A program made the translations under genes and the position numbers. Shown here piece by piece: positions 8,986-16,627 of a DNA stretch of 64,000 bases. The first letter of the stretch is position 1. Every line of letters starts with the position of its first letter. The notes under the pieces are model-generated. The model was given only the letters and a program-made list of their open reading frames with translations, was not told the origin of the DNA and did not search any database. Source of the stretch: Acinetobacter phage vB_AbaM_B9; the sequence record MH133207.1; one strand, 5' to 3'.

Positions 8986-9341
8986 ACATTATACCAAAGA
9001 ATAGGCTTACATTTAACATCAGGATTCTTTGTTTCATGCAAGTACACTTCGTAATATGTGAACGAACCTTTGTTGTATGGATATGCTTCTTCAGCGCACA
9101 CCTTTCGAGTTCTATGCACTTCATCTGATGTTAAATCCATTACCTCAAGAGCATCTAAAAATTCCTCATCTGTCTCACCAACAATTTCCATTGGTGTTCC
9201 ATAATATTTCTTCCAGTAATCCAAAACATCTTGTTTAGATTTTGCAATATAAATTGCATCGTCATTCACATCAATAAGAAGGAAATCATTTACCATAAAT
9301 TCTTTCATCATCATTCTCCTTTGATTAAAAATCATTAACAT
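8982..9341 (-). CDS. hypothetical protein
   Basis: ORF track, 119 aa. Confidence 0.5.
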   Translation of the reverse strand: MLMIFNQRRMMMKEFMVNDFLLIDVNDDAIYIAKSKQDVLDYWKKYYGTPMEIVGETDEEFLDALEVMDLTSDEVHRTRKVCAEEAYPYNKGSFTYYEVYLHETKNPDVKCKPILWYNV

Positions 9342-9344
9342 GTA

Positions 9345-9695
9345 TCATGTTATTAATGCATCCAATTTAATTCCAGTAACAACAAATACTGTTTGTGTGT
9401 TAACATATTCTTTCATAACAGGCTCATCCTCGTCATATTGAGATAAATAAAACAATCCATCTTCATCTTCAAAAATTTCACTTGGGTGAATATCATAACC
9501 ATATTGTTTAAACACTTCACCAGTGATTGAAAAGTCTTTTATACAAATGTCATTATACTCTTCCAATAAGTAATAATTTTCTTGAACATACTCTATTGCC
9601 TTATTTGAGGTAGAGAATATGCCTAAAGTAGTCCAATGTCCATCCCAATCACACTCCATGCTCTTCAATACGTAAACTATGTCATTTTGATTCAT
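9345..9695 (-). CDS. hypothetical protein
   Basis: ORF track, 116 aa. Confidence 0.5.
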   Translation of the reverse strand: MNQNDIVYVLKSMECDWDGHWTTLGIFSTSNKAIEYVQENYYLLEEYNDICIKDFSITGEVFKQYGYDIHPSEIFEDEDGLFYLSQYDEDEPVMKEYVNTQTVFVVTGIKLDALIT

Positions 9696-9697
9696 CG

Positions 9698-10165
9698 TTA
9701 TTCTCCTTTAATAAATTCTTCAAATTCACGACTATCAACCAATGTTTCATCGTCAACGTAAAATCGACAAGTTCTAAATAATGATGGTCGATTTTCTTGA
9801 TCTAGGATTACCAATTCACCATTCAACCAACTAGCTGCATGGACAAACTGTCGATATGGTAGAATAAAATCACTTCGCACAAACTCACAACCAATAATCT
9901 TATTTGTAAATTCTTCACGCTCAATATCACGATGTAAATGGTGATTTACTTTTATATAAATATAATGAGTGTCATAGTTATGAAGATCATCATAATCTAA
10001 TTCTTCTTCAATTGAGAATTTATCTCCTAGTTTATATTCATGTAAGATATAACCTCTTTTTAAATCAAAGCAGATGAACAACGTTTTATCATCAATATCC
10101 TGATCTATAATATCTTTACCTATAACTTCTTCAGCTTCATGAATACTATCAAATACACGTTTCAT
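9698..10165 (-). CDS. hypothetical protein
   Basis: ORF 9698..10255 trimmed to the internal Met (MKRVFDSIH) so it does not run through the upstream gene. Confidence 0.45.
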   Translation of the reverse strand: MKRVFDSIHEAEEVIGKDIIDQDIDDKTLFICFDLKRGYILHEYKLGDKFSIEEELDYDDLHNYDTHYIYIKVNHHLHRDIEREEFTNKIIGCEFVRSDFILPYRQFVHAASWLNGELVILDQENRPSLFRTCRFYVDDETLVDSREFEEFIKGE

Positions 10166-10367
10166 CTTCTTCTCCAAAAATATCCAGCGTTTTGTCACAT
10201 CTCTTACTATTAGAGATCGTTTTAGATTGCTTACAATATGTTTTAAAATCTTCAAAACCTACCATATGTGCAATCACATCGTTCCAAGTAAATCCATTAA
10301 CCTTGTATTTCTCTTCAATGTAATCACACAATTCACCATCAATTACTATTGTTCTTTTACGAGCCAT
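10149..10367 (-). CDS. hypothetical protein
   Basis: ORF track, 72 aa. Confidence 0.4.
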   Translation of the reverse strand: MARKRTIVIDGELCDYIEEKYKVNGFTWNDVIAHMVGFEDFKTYCKQSKTISNSKRCDKTLDIFGEEDETCI

Positions 10368-10368
10368 A

Positions 10369-10581
10369 TCAATCTCCGATCAGCTTAATAAACTTATTCA
10401 AACAAACACTTTCAGGCAAACTATCACAAACCATCTTACCATCAACAATTAAATCCCATTCGTTACGAAGTTCTTTGTATGGTCGAAGTTCATAAACAAC
10501 ACCTTTCACAACAACAATAAACCCTTTCACGATAAAGTCTCCAAATAAATTAAATAAGTAAAAATCAAAGCTAATATACAA
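10369..10581 (-). CDS. hypothetical protein
   Basis: ORF track, 70 aa. Confidence 0.4.
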   Translation of the reverse strand: MYISFDFYLFNLFGDFIVKGFIVVVKGVVYELRPYKELRNEWDLIVDGKMVCDSLPESVCLNKFIKLIGD

Positions 10582-10685
10582 TCAACAGTCTTACGAATCC
10601 AGAAAGGTACTTTTTCTGTGTAACTTGTATAGGTAATTACAGACAAGTATAAAAATGCAATTGTAAAAGCTAACAATATAAACAT
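10527..10685 (-). CDS. possible small two-TM membrane protein
   Basis: ORF 10527..10709 trimmed to an internal Met. Strongly hydrophobic. Overlaps the neighbouring ORF, so uncertain. Confidence 0.25.
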   Translation of the reverse strand: MFILLAFTIAFLYLSVITYTSYTEKVPFWIRKTVDCILALIFTYLIYLETLS

Positions 10686-10692
10686 AACAACC

Positions 10693-11034
10693 TCAAAGTG
10701 TAGATGCACTAACTAAATATTTACCTTTCTCACCAAACATATCATCAACTACAGCTTGTGCAAAACGATAATCTTTAGCTTTAATAAATACACGATTACC
10801 AAAAGCATTTTTAATATGATATTTATACTTTGGAAACTTATTGTTTCTAGGTGCGTGACAACTAATAAAAACAACTTTCTTTTTACCTTCATACTCAAAT
10901 GTATATTGAGATACTCCACCGTTCACAAGAATTCTTTCATCAAATATTACAACTTCCTTTTTTTCTTTCTTCTTAACCACCTTCAAGTCTTGTTTCTTTG
11001 ATGCTTTCAATAAGGCTTGTAACATTGCAGTCAT
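10693..11034 (-). CDS. hypothetical basic protein
   Basis: ORF track, 113 aa. GGAG RBS upstream. First gene after the minus-strand terminator. Confidence 0.5.
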   Translation of the reverse strand: MTAMLQALLKASKKQDLKVVKKKEKKEVVIFDERILVNGGVSQYTFEYEGKKKVVFISCHAPRNNKFPKYKYHIKNAFGNRVFIKAKDYRFAQAVVDDMFGEKGKYLVSASTL

Positions 11035-11079
11035 TTAAATCTCCAGATAATACTATGTGTTTTACATTCAACATTTCTA

Positions 11080-11121
11080 CAGACAATAATAAACGCACTA
11101 TCAACCAAAGTCAATAGTGCG
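11080..11121 (-). terminator. intrinsic terminator (minus strand)
   Basis: CGCACTA/TAGTGCG 7-bp stem with 13-nt loop. On the minus strand it is followed by TTTATTATTG. Lies downstream of the spanin genes. Confidence 0.45.
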
Positions 11122-11138
11122 ATATGATTAATTTGTAA

Positions 11139-11684
11139 TTATTCTGTATTATATTTTTCTTCTAATTGCTTCCATGCGTCTTGCAGAGTAGACACGGACT
11201 GTCTGAGCTTATCCCCATCCTCTGCCATGTCGAGATATCGTTCTGTGCAGCTTCCAAACGACTCTTGTAACCATTGTAAGTCTCTCCTTGATACACTGAC
11301 GGAGCTTTCGGAATTACTACTTTGATTGGCACTACTCCCACTTCCGACTTTACTGATTTGTTCGCGCAACCGCTTAACATCAGCGTTGAGACTATTCCTA
11401 GAAACAGTAATTTTATCGATTTCACTTTGATGTTTCTCCTGTAAAATTGTATACTCTTTATTTAATTCATTAAGTTTCTTAATTGAATTATTTTGCTCTT
11501 CAATCAGTTTGGAAGTCATATCATTTTTAAGAGAAACATAAGCTACATCTTTATCAACTAGCTTTTTCTCATATTTATTTTTAAGACTTTCATTCTGCAT
11601 TAACAAACCAAGTAATCCAATAAATAAAATAACGATTAAGAATTCCTTCCAAAATCTAATAATATAAGAAATAGCTAGTGTCAT
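11139..11684 (-). CDS. i-spanin (Rz-like inner-membrane spanin)
   Basis: N-terminal TM (FLIVILFIGLLGLLM), then a long coiled-coil periplasmic domain. Contains the embedded o-spanin gene in another frame. Confidence 0.6.
   Translation of the reverse strand: MTLAISYIIRFWKEFLIVILFIGLLGLLMQNESLKNKYEKKLVDKDVAYVSLKNDMTSKLIEEQNNSIKKLNELNKEYTILQEKHQSEIDKITVSRNSLNADVKRLREQISKVGSGSSANQSSNSESSVSVSRRDLQWLQESFGSCTERYLDMAEDGDKLRQSVSTLQDAWKQLEEKYNTE
11162..11425 (-). CDS. o-spanin (Rz1-like outer-membrane lipoprotein), embedded in the i-spanin gene
   Basis: Signal peptide with lipobox LMLSGC. Pro-rich mature part with C-terminal Cys residues. Lies entirely inside 11139..11684 in the +1 frame. Confidence 0.55.
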   Translation of the reverse strand: MKSIKLLFLGIVSTLMLSGCANKSVKSEVGVVPIKVVIPKAPSVYQGETYNGYKSRLEAAQNDISTWQRMGISSDSPCLLCKTHGSN

Positions 11685-11685
11685 A

Positions 11686-12459
11686 TTACTTCTTCCGTTT
11701 CTTCAGTTCGTTTTGAATCATCTTCACATCTTCTTTATATAAGGATAATTCAGATTCAAGTTCTTCATCTGTGTATTGTGATAAGTCAAGAGGTTTATCT
11801 AATTCACTCATACGTTCCTTAATCTTCTCATTTTCACGATGTTGTAGGCGATCTCTAATTTCATCAGAAGAGAAGTAAAACTCAACACCCTGTAAAACCT
11901 GATCAATTTCTCTTTCAGATAAGAAATGTTTATATGTATTAGTAACAAATTTTTCATTTTCTTCTGATGTATGTTCAACACGCTTACGAACGTTCGATGT
12001 TGTTCCACCATTACCTACTTGGAATTCGTGAATCATCATGGTTGCATGATCACCAACAATATACTTATCTGCTGATGATAAAAAGAATGCACTAGCACAA
12101 GAGTCAGCATTAGCATGAAGAATATGAACATGTTGTGCAGGACACATACTCTTCCAACCCAACAACATATTTAATGAATCTACAAATCCACCATATGATG
12201 CAATGTTCCACCAAATTTCATCTTGCTCTGTAGCTGTTGATAATAATGCAATTACTTCACTGTAACAATCTGGAGAATCAAAATCATCCGTAATGTTTAC
12301 AATGTATTTAAAACCTCCGTTAAAAACACCATGAATTGTTGGATTTGATTTTTGACCATCATAAATACCTAAACGTGTAGGTCGTGGTGATGGAGGTGTA
12401 AAATCAGGAACAACTGATCGTGGTGCTTCATGTGAATTTAAATGTCTTCCTAAAATCAT
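11686..12459 (-). CDS. ClpP/SppA-fold serine peptidase with C-terminal coiled-coil (scaffold-like) tail
   Basis: GG loop ASYGG, Ser motif ADSCAS...SSADKYIV and His motif MMIHEF match ClpP (S14)/S49 peptidases. C-terminal 60 aa are charged coiled coil. In an operon with the spanins. Confidence 0.5.
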   Translation of the reverse strand: MILGRHLNSHEAPRSVVPDFTPPSPRPTRLGIYDGQKSNPTIHGVFNGGFKYIVNITDDFDSPDCYSEVIALLSTATEQDEIWWNIASYGGFVDSLNMLLGWKSMCPAQHVHILHANADSCASAFFLSSADKYIVGDHATMMIHEFQVGNGGTTSNVRKRVEHTSEENEKFVTNTYKHFLSEREIDQVLQGVEFYFSSDEIRDRLQHRENEKIKERMSELDKPLDLSQYTDEELESELSLYKEDVKMIQNELKKRKK

Positions 12460-12710
12460 AATCCCTCCAAATCTTCTTCTAAAATTACATAATAACTTTC
12501 ACCTTCAAGTCGATTAAAACTATCAAGAAAATCATTTAACTCATCAACATATGCCCAATACGTTTCTGCACAATCACGATTATTGTCAATTTCTTTTTCA
12601 AGAGCATCAATTTTCTTAAAGACCTCTGAATACTCCTGATAAGGAATCAAATATGTGTGACCATCATCGTCTTCATATGTTGCATAAATTTTATTTGGGT
12701 TGATATTCAT
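12456..12710 (-). CDS. hypothetical acidic protein
   Basis: ORF track, 84 aa. ATGA overlap. Confidence 0.45.
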   Translation of the reverse strand: MNINPNKIYATYEDDDGHTYLIPYQEYSEVFKKIDALEKEIDNNRDCAETYWAYVDELNDFLDSFNRLEGESYYVILEEDLEGL

Positions 12711-12933
12711 TGTCTAAACTCTCCTTTAATTTTGGATGATTAACTAACTTATTGAACACCTCAACTGGAACTTCAAACCAATTATAACCATCCTCATAAA
12801 CCACAGTTCCGTATTCTGTATAATAAAGTTTAGGATCAGGAGGAGGTTTATTTTCCTCCATCTCAATTATTTTATCTCGAAGAATTGTTAGTTCTCTAAT
12901 TAACTCTTCTTGGTTAATTGTACCCGTATGCAA
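12691..12933 (-). CDS. hypothetical protein
   Basis: ORF track, 80 aa. Confidence 0.45.
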   Translation of the reverse strand: MHTGTINQEELIRELTILRDKIIEMEENKPPPDPKLYYTEYGTVVYEDGYNWFEVPVEVFNKLVNHPKLKESLDNEYQPK

Positions 12934-12949
12934 AAACTCACCTCAAAGT

Positions 12950-13729
12950 CTACATCAAACCTTCTTTAGTGAAAACTTTAATCCATTCACGACATTCTTT
13001 ACTACGAACAATGTCACCAATTTCATCAAAGTTAATCAACCCCATAGTCTCTTGAAGTTTTGCATATTTAGAATACAAATCAATAGCAACCTTCAAACCA
13101 CTATCGTGTTTTAAAGCACTTTGACGAACATCACCTTCAATAACAAGAGTGCAGCCATTTTGACGAGTGAGTAAGCTCATAATCTCTTCAACTGTACAAT
13201 CTTCTGCCTCAGTAACAATTACAGCAGTTGTATCATCAAAGCTTCGACCTTTTACAGTTTCCATTGGTACAAACTCAATGTCACCATTTTCAATCGCTAA
13301 TAACGTTGCAGCTCGACCAATACGTTTAAACAGAACATCAATGACTGGTGCTAACCACACAGAGGACTTCTGTTCGATCGTTCCGGCGAAATAACCTAAA
13401 GATTTACTATTTGACACAGCAGGTCGAACAAGAACAAGTTTCTTAATTCTTCCAGTTCTATACCAATCAGCAAATGTTGCAGTTGGGATATAAGTTTTAG
13501 ATGTTCCAGCATAACCAGTTGCCAAAATACAACGTTTATCCTCAAGTAGCTCCATGTATTTACGTTGCTTTGGATTCATTGGTAATATTGGATTATTCTT
13601 TACAAAATCATCTCGTTCCTGTTTATGTTTTTCGCTTAAATACTGTTGTTTCTCACCGATCTCTTGTCTATAGTTTCGGTTGGAAACACCACGACCATCT
13701 TGTAATTGTCTATTACGAGCTTTACCCAA
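12950..13729 (-). CDS. phoH: PhoH-like ATPase
   Basis: Walker A GYAGTSKTY, Walker B-like VIVTEAED, and overall PhoH-like architecture. 259 aa. Confidence 0.65.
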   Translation of the reverse strand: MGKARNRQLQDGRGVSNRNYRQEIGEKQQYLSEKHKQERDDFVKNNPILPMNPKQRKYMELLEDKRCILATGYAGTSKTYIPTATFADWYRTGRIKKLVLVRPAVSNSKSLGYFAGTIEQKSSVWLAPVIDVLFKRIGRAATLLAIENGDIEFVPMETVKGRSFDDTTAVIVTEAEDCTVEEIMSLLTRQNGCTLVIEGDVRQSALKHDSGLKVAIDLYSKYAKLQETMGLINFDEIGDIVRSKECREWIKVFTKEGLM

Positions 13730-13753
13730 ATCATCTCTCCTTAATACTAGGAA

Positions 13754-13924
13754 TTATTTTTTAATAATTTCACTTGGAACAATAAAACTTGTTTTACCTT
13801 CCACACTACATAAAAACTTAATAAACAAACTTTGCTCTTTTTTAGAAAGTTTCTTTAAAGTCTCAATCTTCGATTCATTTGTACTTTTAAGATTATTTGC
13901 ATTCACTAAATTAATTTCTGACAT
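13754..13924 (-). CDS. hypothetical 56-aa protein (not in ORF track)
   Basis: ATG at 13924 with an AGGAG RBS. Encodes MSEINLVNANNLKSTNESKIETL.... Confidence 0.35.
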   Translation of the reverse strand: MSEINLVNANNLKSTNESKIETLKKLSKKEQSLFIKFLCSVEGKTSFIVPSEIIKK

Positions 13925-13980
13925 AATTTTCTCCTAAACAATATAAAACATCCTTGTTAATAATTCCTATTTAATTTGGA

Positions 13981-14067
13981 TTATAGGTCCCAACCTTCTT
14001 TTGCTAAAGTTGTGGGTTTACCAAGTCCATATCCATCAATGATAAATCCTAATCCGTAACCTTCCAT
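13981..14067 (-). CDS. possible 28-aa peptide with GYGLG repeats
   Basis: ATG at 14067 preceded by AAGGAG at ideal spacing. Encodes MEGYGLGFIIDGYGLGKPTTLAKEGWDL. Very short, so speculative. Confidence 0.2.
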   Translation of the reverse strand: MEGYGLGFIIDGYGLGKPTTLAKEGWDL

Positions 14068-14077
14068 AACAAGCTCC

Positions 14078-14380
14078 TTACTTCTTAGTTGTAGTTTTTG
14101 CTGTTTGTGTTTTAACAGAAGTTTTAACTGGTGTCTTAGCAGACTCAGTGGTTTCAGCAGCTTCTTCTTTAGCAACCTCTTTAGAAGCCTCCTTCACTAC
14201 TTCTTGTTTAGCTTCAGATTGTTTAGCTGAACGCTGGAAGTTAGCTGTGAATTGAACACCACCAATAGTTGCACTACCGTTTGCTACAAAAGACCAACCA
14301 TTTTGAATCAACTCTTGAACTTCAAGTAAGAATTGTACATAATTAGTGTGACGAATACGTTTTGTTTCTACATTTGACAT
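14078..14380 (-). CDS. small DNA-binding-like protein with Lys/Ala/Thr-rich histone-H1-like tail
   Basis: ORF 14078..14452 trimmed to the Met (MSNVETKR) with an AAGGAAA RBS. C-terminal 45 aa rich in K/A/E/T. First gene of the leftward block. Confidence 0.5.
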   Translation of the reverse strand: MSNVETKRIRHTNYVQFLLEVQELIQNGWSFVANGSATIGGVQFTANFQRSAKQSEAKQEVVKEASKEVAKEEAAETTESAKTPVKTSVKTQTAKTTTKK

Positions 14381-14411
14381 TTTTGTTTCCTTTATATATA
14401 AATGAGTAATA

Positions 14412-14440
14412 TTTATAGCATTGTTAAATTTACATGTCAA
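14412..14440 (-). promoter_or_regulatory. minus-strand promoter TTGACA-N17-TATAAA
   Basis: Reverse complement of 14412-14440. Drives the leftward early block. Confidence 0.45.
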
Positions 14441-14498
14441 GCAAAATAACAATATTTAACAATGATAGTAACTATATTGTTATTTTTTGTTAAAACTA

Positions 14499-14527
14499 TT
14501 GACATTACATCTTGACAAGGTTATAGT
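14499..14527 (+). promoter_or_regulatory. plus-strand promoter TTGACA-N17-TATAGT
   Basis: -35 at 14499-14504 and -10 at 14522-14527. Divergent from the minus-strand promoter. A second TTGACA lies 12 nt downstream of the first. Confidence 0.45.
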
Positions 14528-14558
14528 GCAATGACAGGGTTGGGTTGGAAATGTTATT

Positions 14559-14632
14559 ATGAGTGAAACGAAATAATAATTCCTTAATGTCAATCTTTAG
14601 ATTGCTACAATATAGTGAATGAGTGAAACGAA
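14559..14632. repeat. direct repeat ATGAGTGAAACGAA x2 (60 bp apart)
   Basis: Copies at 14559-14572 and 14619-14632, inside the divergent promoter region. Confidence 0.5.
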
Positions 14633-14772
14633 TGAAATATATTGGGATATAAGAATAATATTATAAATATATTATTAAAAATAATCCTTACAATATACTA
14701 TATGTGTTCTATGCGTAGCATAATATATTATATAATAATATTGTAAATAATACTTTGGAGAATTAAAAAAAT

Positions 14773-15438
14773 ATGTCAACATTAGAAGATTATCAATCTT
14801 TAAGAATACAAGACTGTTACTACGATAGTAATACATACTTTAACAGAGATAAGAATTTATATCATGTGTATTTATTTTATTATGATAATGAATTAATTTA
14901 TGTTCATTATGGACAGAAGGGAACAGAAGAAATACATTATACACCAGAATCACCATGTCCTAAGTTTAGAAAGATTTACAAAGAGAATAAGACACACCTG
15001 ATTTCACACTATCACATCACTAAGTTTAGTGTTTTACATGATTGTTTGTTTTATGTTGATTTCTTGATTAATAAATTTAAACCTAAATGCAACAAGAAGA
15101 TTGAGTTGTTAGATGAAACTGTGTACAACAAGCAGATTAGATTTACACACACTCCAGATGAAATACCTCATGACAATGAACTAACTTTGTTGTATTTGTT
15201 TTGTTTACTTGGTTATCCACTTCAATTAATATCTGATTACACTGGTGTTGATCTTAAAGAATTAAGTAAGATTAAAAACAGAGAAGGAAGATATTCTTAT
15301 CTTGTGTTTTGTTTTGAATATGTAAACAAACAAGGATTTCCTGTTGTGGATAAAGCATTACTTAATCATTATTGCAATGTTGTGTTTAAGACAGATATTG
15401 ATTGTATTGAAGAGCTTTATGGTGTTGCTTATTTCTAA
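14773..15438 (+). CDS. possible GIY-YIG-like homing endonuclease with C-terminal HTH
   Basis: N-terminal YHVYLFYYDNELIYVHYGQKG resembles the GIY-(10 aa)-YIG spacing. C-terminal LISDYTGVDLKELSKIKNREG resembles a NUMOD-like HTH. Extremely AT-rich gene in an AT-rich island. Weak call. Confidence 0.3.
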   Translation: MSTLEDYQSLRIQDCYYDSNTYFNRDKNLYHVYLFYYDNELIYVHYGQKGTEEIHYTPESPCPKFRKIYKENKTHLISHYHITKFSVLHDCLFYVDFLINKFKPKCNKKIELLDETVYNKQIRFTHTPDEIPHDNELTLLYLFCLLGYPLQLISDYTGVDLKELSKIKNREGRYSYLVFCFEYVNKQGFPVVDKALLNHYCNVVFKTDIDCIEELYGVAYF

Positions 15439-15614
15439 TGCTTACAATAAGAATTTATCATAGTCAATAATAATTTTGTAAAGTTATGTAAAAAAGCTTG
15501 ACTAATCTTTAAAAGGTTGTTATTCTTATCAACATAAAGAAAACAATAAATAATAATTTCTGAATGGACTCCTTAATTCAGAAAGGATTCACTTTCCTCC
15601 AACATCACTCTCTT

Positions 15615-15680
15615 ATTCTACAAACAATAATAATAAAGACTCTCCTGTAAGAGAGTGATGTATTTTCTAATATGCGGAAA
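15615..15680 (+). terminator. 12-bp-stem hairpin with T-rich tail
   Basis: CATCACTCTCTT ... AAGAGAGTGATG followed by TATTTTCT. The 3' arm can also pair with ACTCTC inside the loop, giving an alternative 6-bp hairpin. Confidence 0.4.
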
Positions 15681-15870
15681 TCAGTACGATGTAGTGAAGT
15701 AAGTGACTAGTTAAACTTATGAATCGAGAGTCGGTTAGAATCCAACAATTCCGCTCCAGATTTTAAATTTCACCCATGATCAGATTACGGTGGGTATGAA
15801 ACGTGTAGTGGTGTCGCTACCATGTAAGCGAATGTGGCACATTATTTATTAGCAACAAATAGGTAAAATT

Positions 15871-16233
15871 TTGAACGAAGCAATTCTGTGTTTAGCAATT
15901 GCAATATTCAATGAAAGTCGTGGTGAACCAATTAAAGGTCAATATGCTGTAGCTGAAGTTATTCATAACCGAAGTAGGCATGATGATTTTCCTAAAGGGT
16001 ATTGTGATGTCGTTAAACAACGAGGTCAGTTTTCTTGGTATAAAAGCTCAAAAGATTTAAAACCACCTAAGCACGATAAGGATGCTTGGAATGATAGCGT
16101 GAAAGTCGCTAACTCCTTTTACACCAATAAAACAAATTATACGAAAGGCGCATTATACTTTAATTCTAGCAGATTAGGTGTTCGCTTTAATAAACAATTA
16201 AAATGCAAAATTGGAAAGCATGTTTTCTTTTGA
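15871..16233 (+). CDS. SleB/CwlJ-like cell wall hydrolase
   Basis: Motifs ESRGEP...GQYAVAEVIHNR...QFSW match the SleB-type hydrolase family. TTG start with an AGGT RBS. Confidence 0.5.
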   Translation: MNEAILCLAIAIFNESRGEPIKGQYAVAEVIHNRSRHDDFPKGYCDVVKQRGQFSWYKSSKDLKPPKHDKDAWNDSVKVANSFYTNKTNYTKGALYFNSSRLGVRFNKQLKCKIGKHVFF

Positions 16234-16262
16234 TTACATGCTTTTTTATTTTCGAGGTATTT

Positions 16263-16616
16263 ATGGCAGCAAGAAATTTCGATAAGGTTTATGACGCTAA
16301 AGTAATTAAAGCTAAGATGAACGCTGATGTTGAGTTAGCAATTAAAATCTTACGTGATGGATTAGTGTCAACTACCCTAAATGAAAAAGATAAAATTAAA
16401 TTAGCTTCAGATTATCTTGGTTGGTTTATCCGTTTAGACAACAAAATCATTCAAGATGAATTCAACAAAGAAGCTTTAAAACAAACAAAATTAAAAACAT
16501 TATCATTACAAAATGATTTACATGAAAAAGAGAATGAGGAGTTCCTAGAACAAACAAAACCTCTGAATCAACCAAAGTTCTCTCCCTTCATGAGTGAAGA
16601 TGACAACTACAGCTAA
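16263..16616 (+). CDS. putative terminase small subunit
   Basis: 117-aa ORF immediately upstream of the large terminase with a GAGGT RBS. Assigned by position only. Confidence 0.3.
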   Translation: MAARNFDKVYDAKVIKAKMNADVELAIKILRDGLVSTTLNEKDKIKLASDYLGWFIRLDNKIIQDEFNKEALKQTKLKTLSLQNDLHEKENEEFLEQTKPLNQPKFSPFMSEDDNYS

Positions 16617-16627
16617 GGAGGTTAGAT

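Noticed and set aside
11686-12459. Calling the minus-strand ClpP-like gene the prohead protease
   Set aside because: The canonical S49 protease-scaffold sits between the portal and capsid genes at 19607..21052. The minus-strand copy is in a different operon with early genes. It is reported as a paralog instead.
13167-13764. Plus-strand ORFs 13167..13394 and 13501..13764 antisense to the PhoH gene
   Set aside because: Low-complexity translations with no RBS, fully inside a well-supported gene on the other strand.
15735-15765. T-loop-like GGTTAGAATCC, suggesting a tRNA
   Set aside because: No complementary acceptor strands, no CCA context, and the loop lacks the conserved C56. More likely part of a structured leader.
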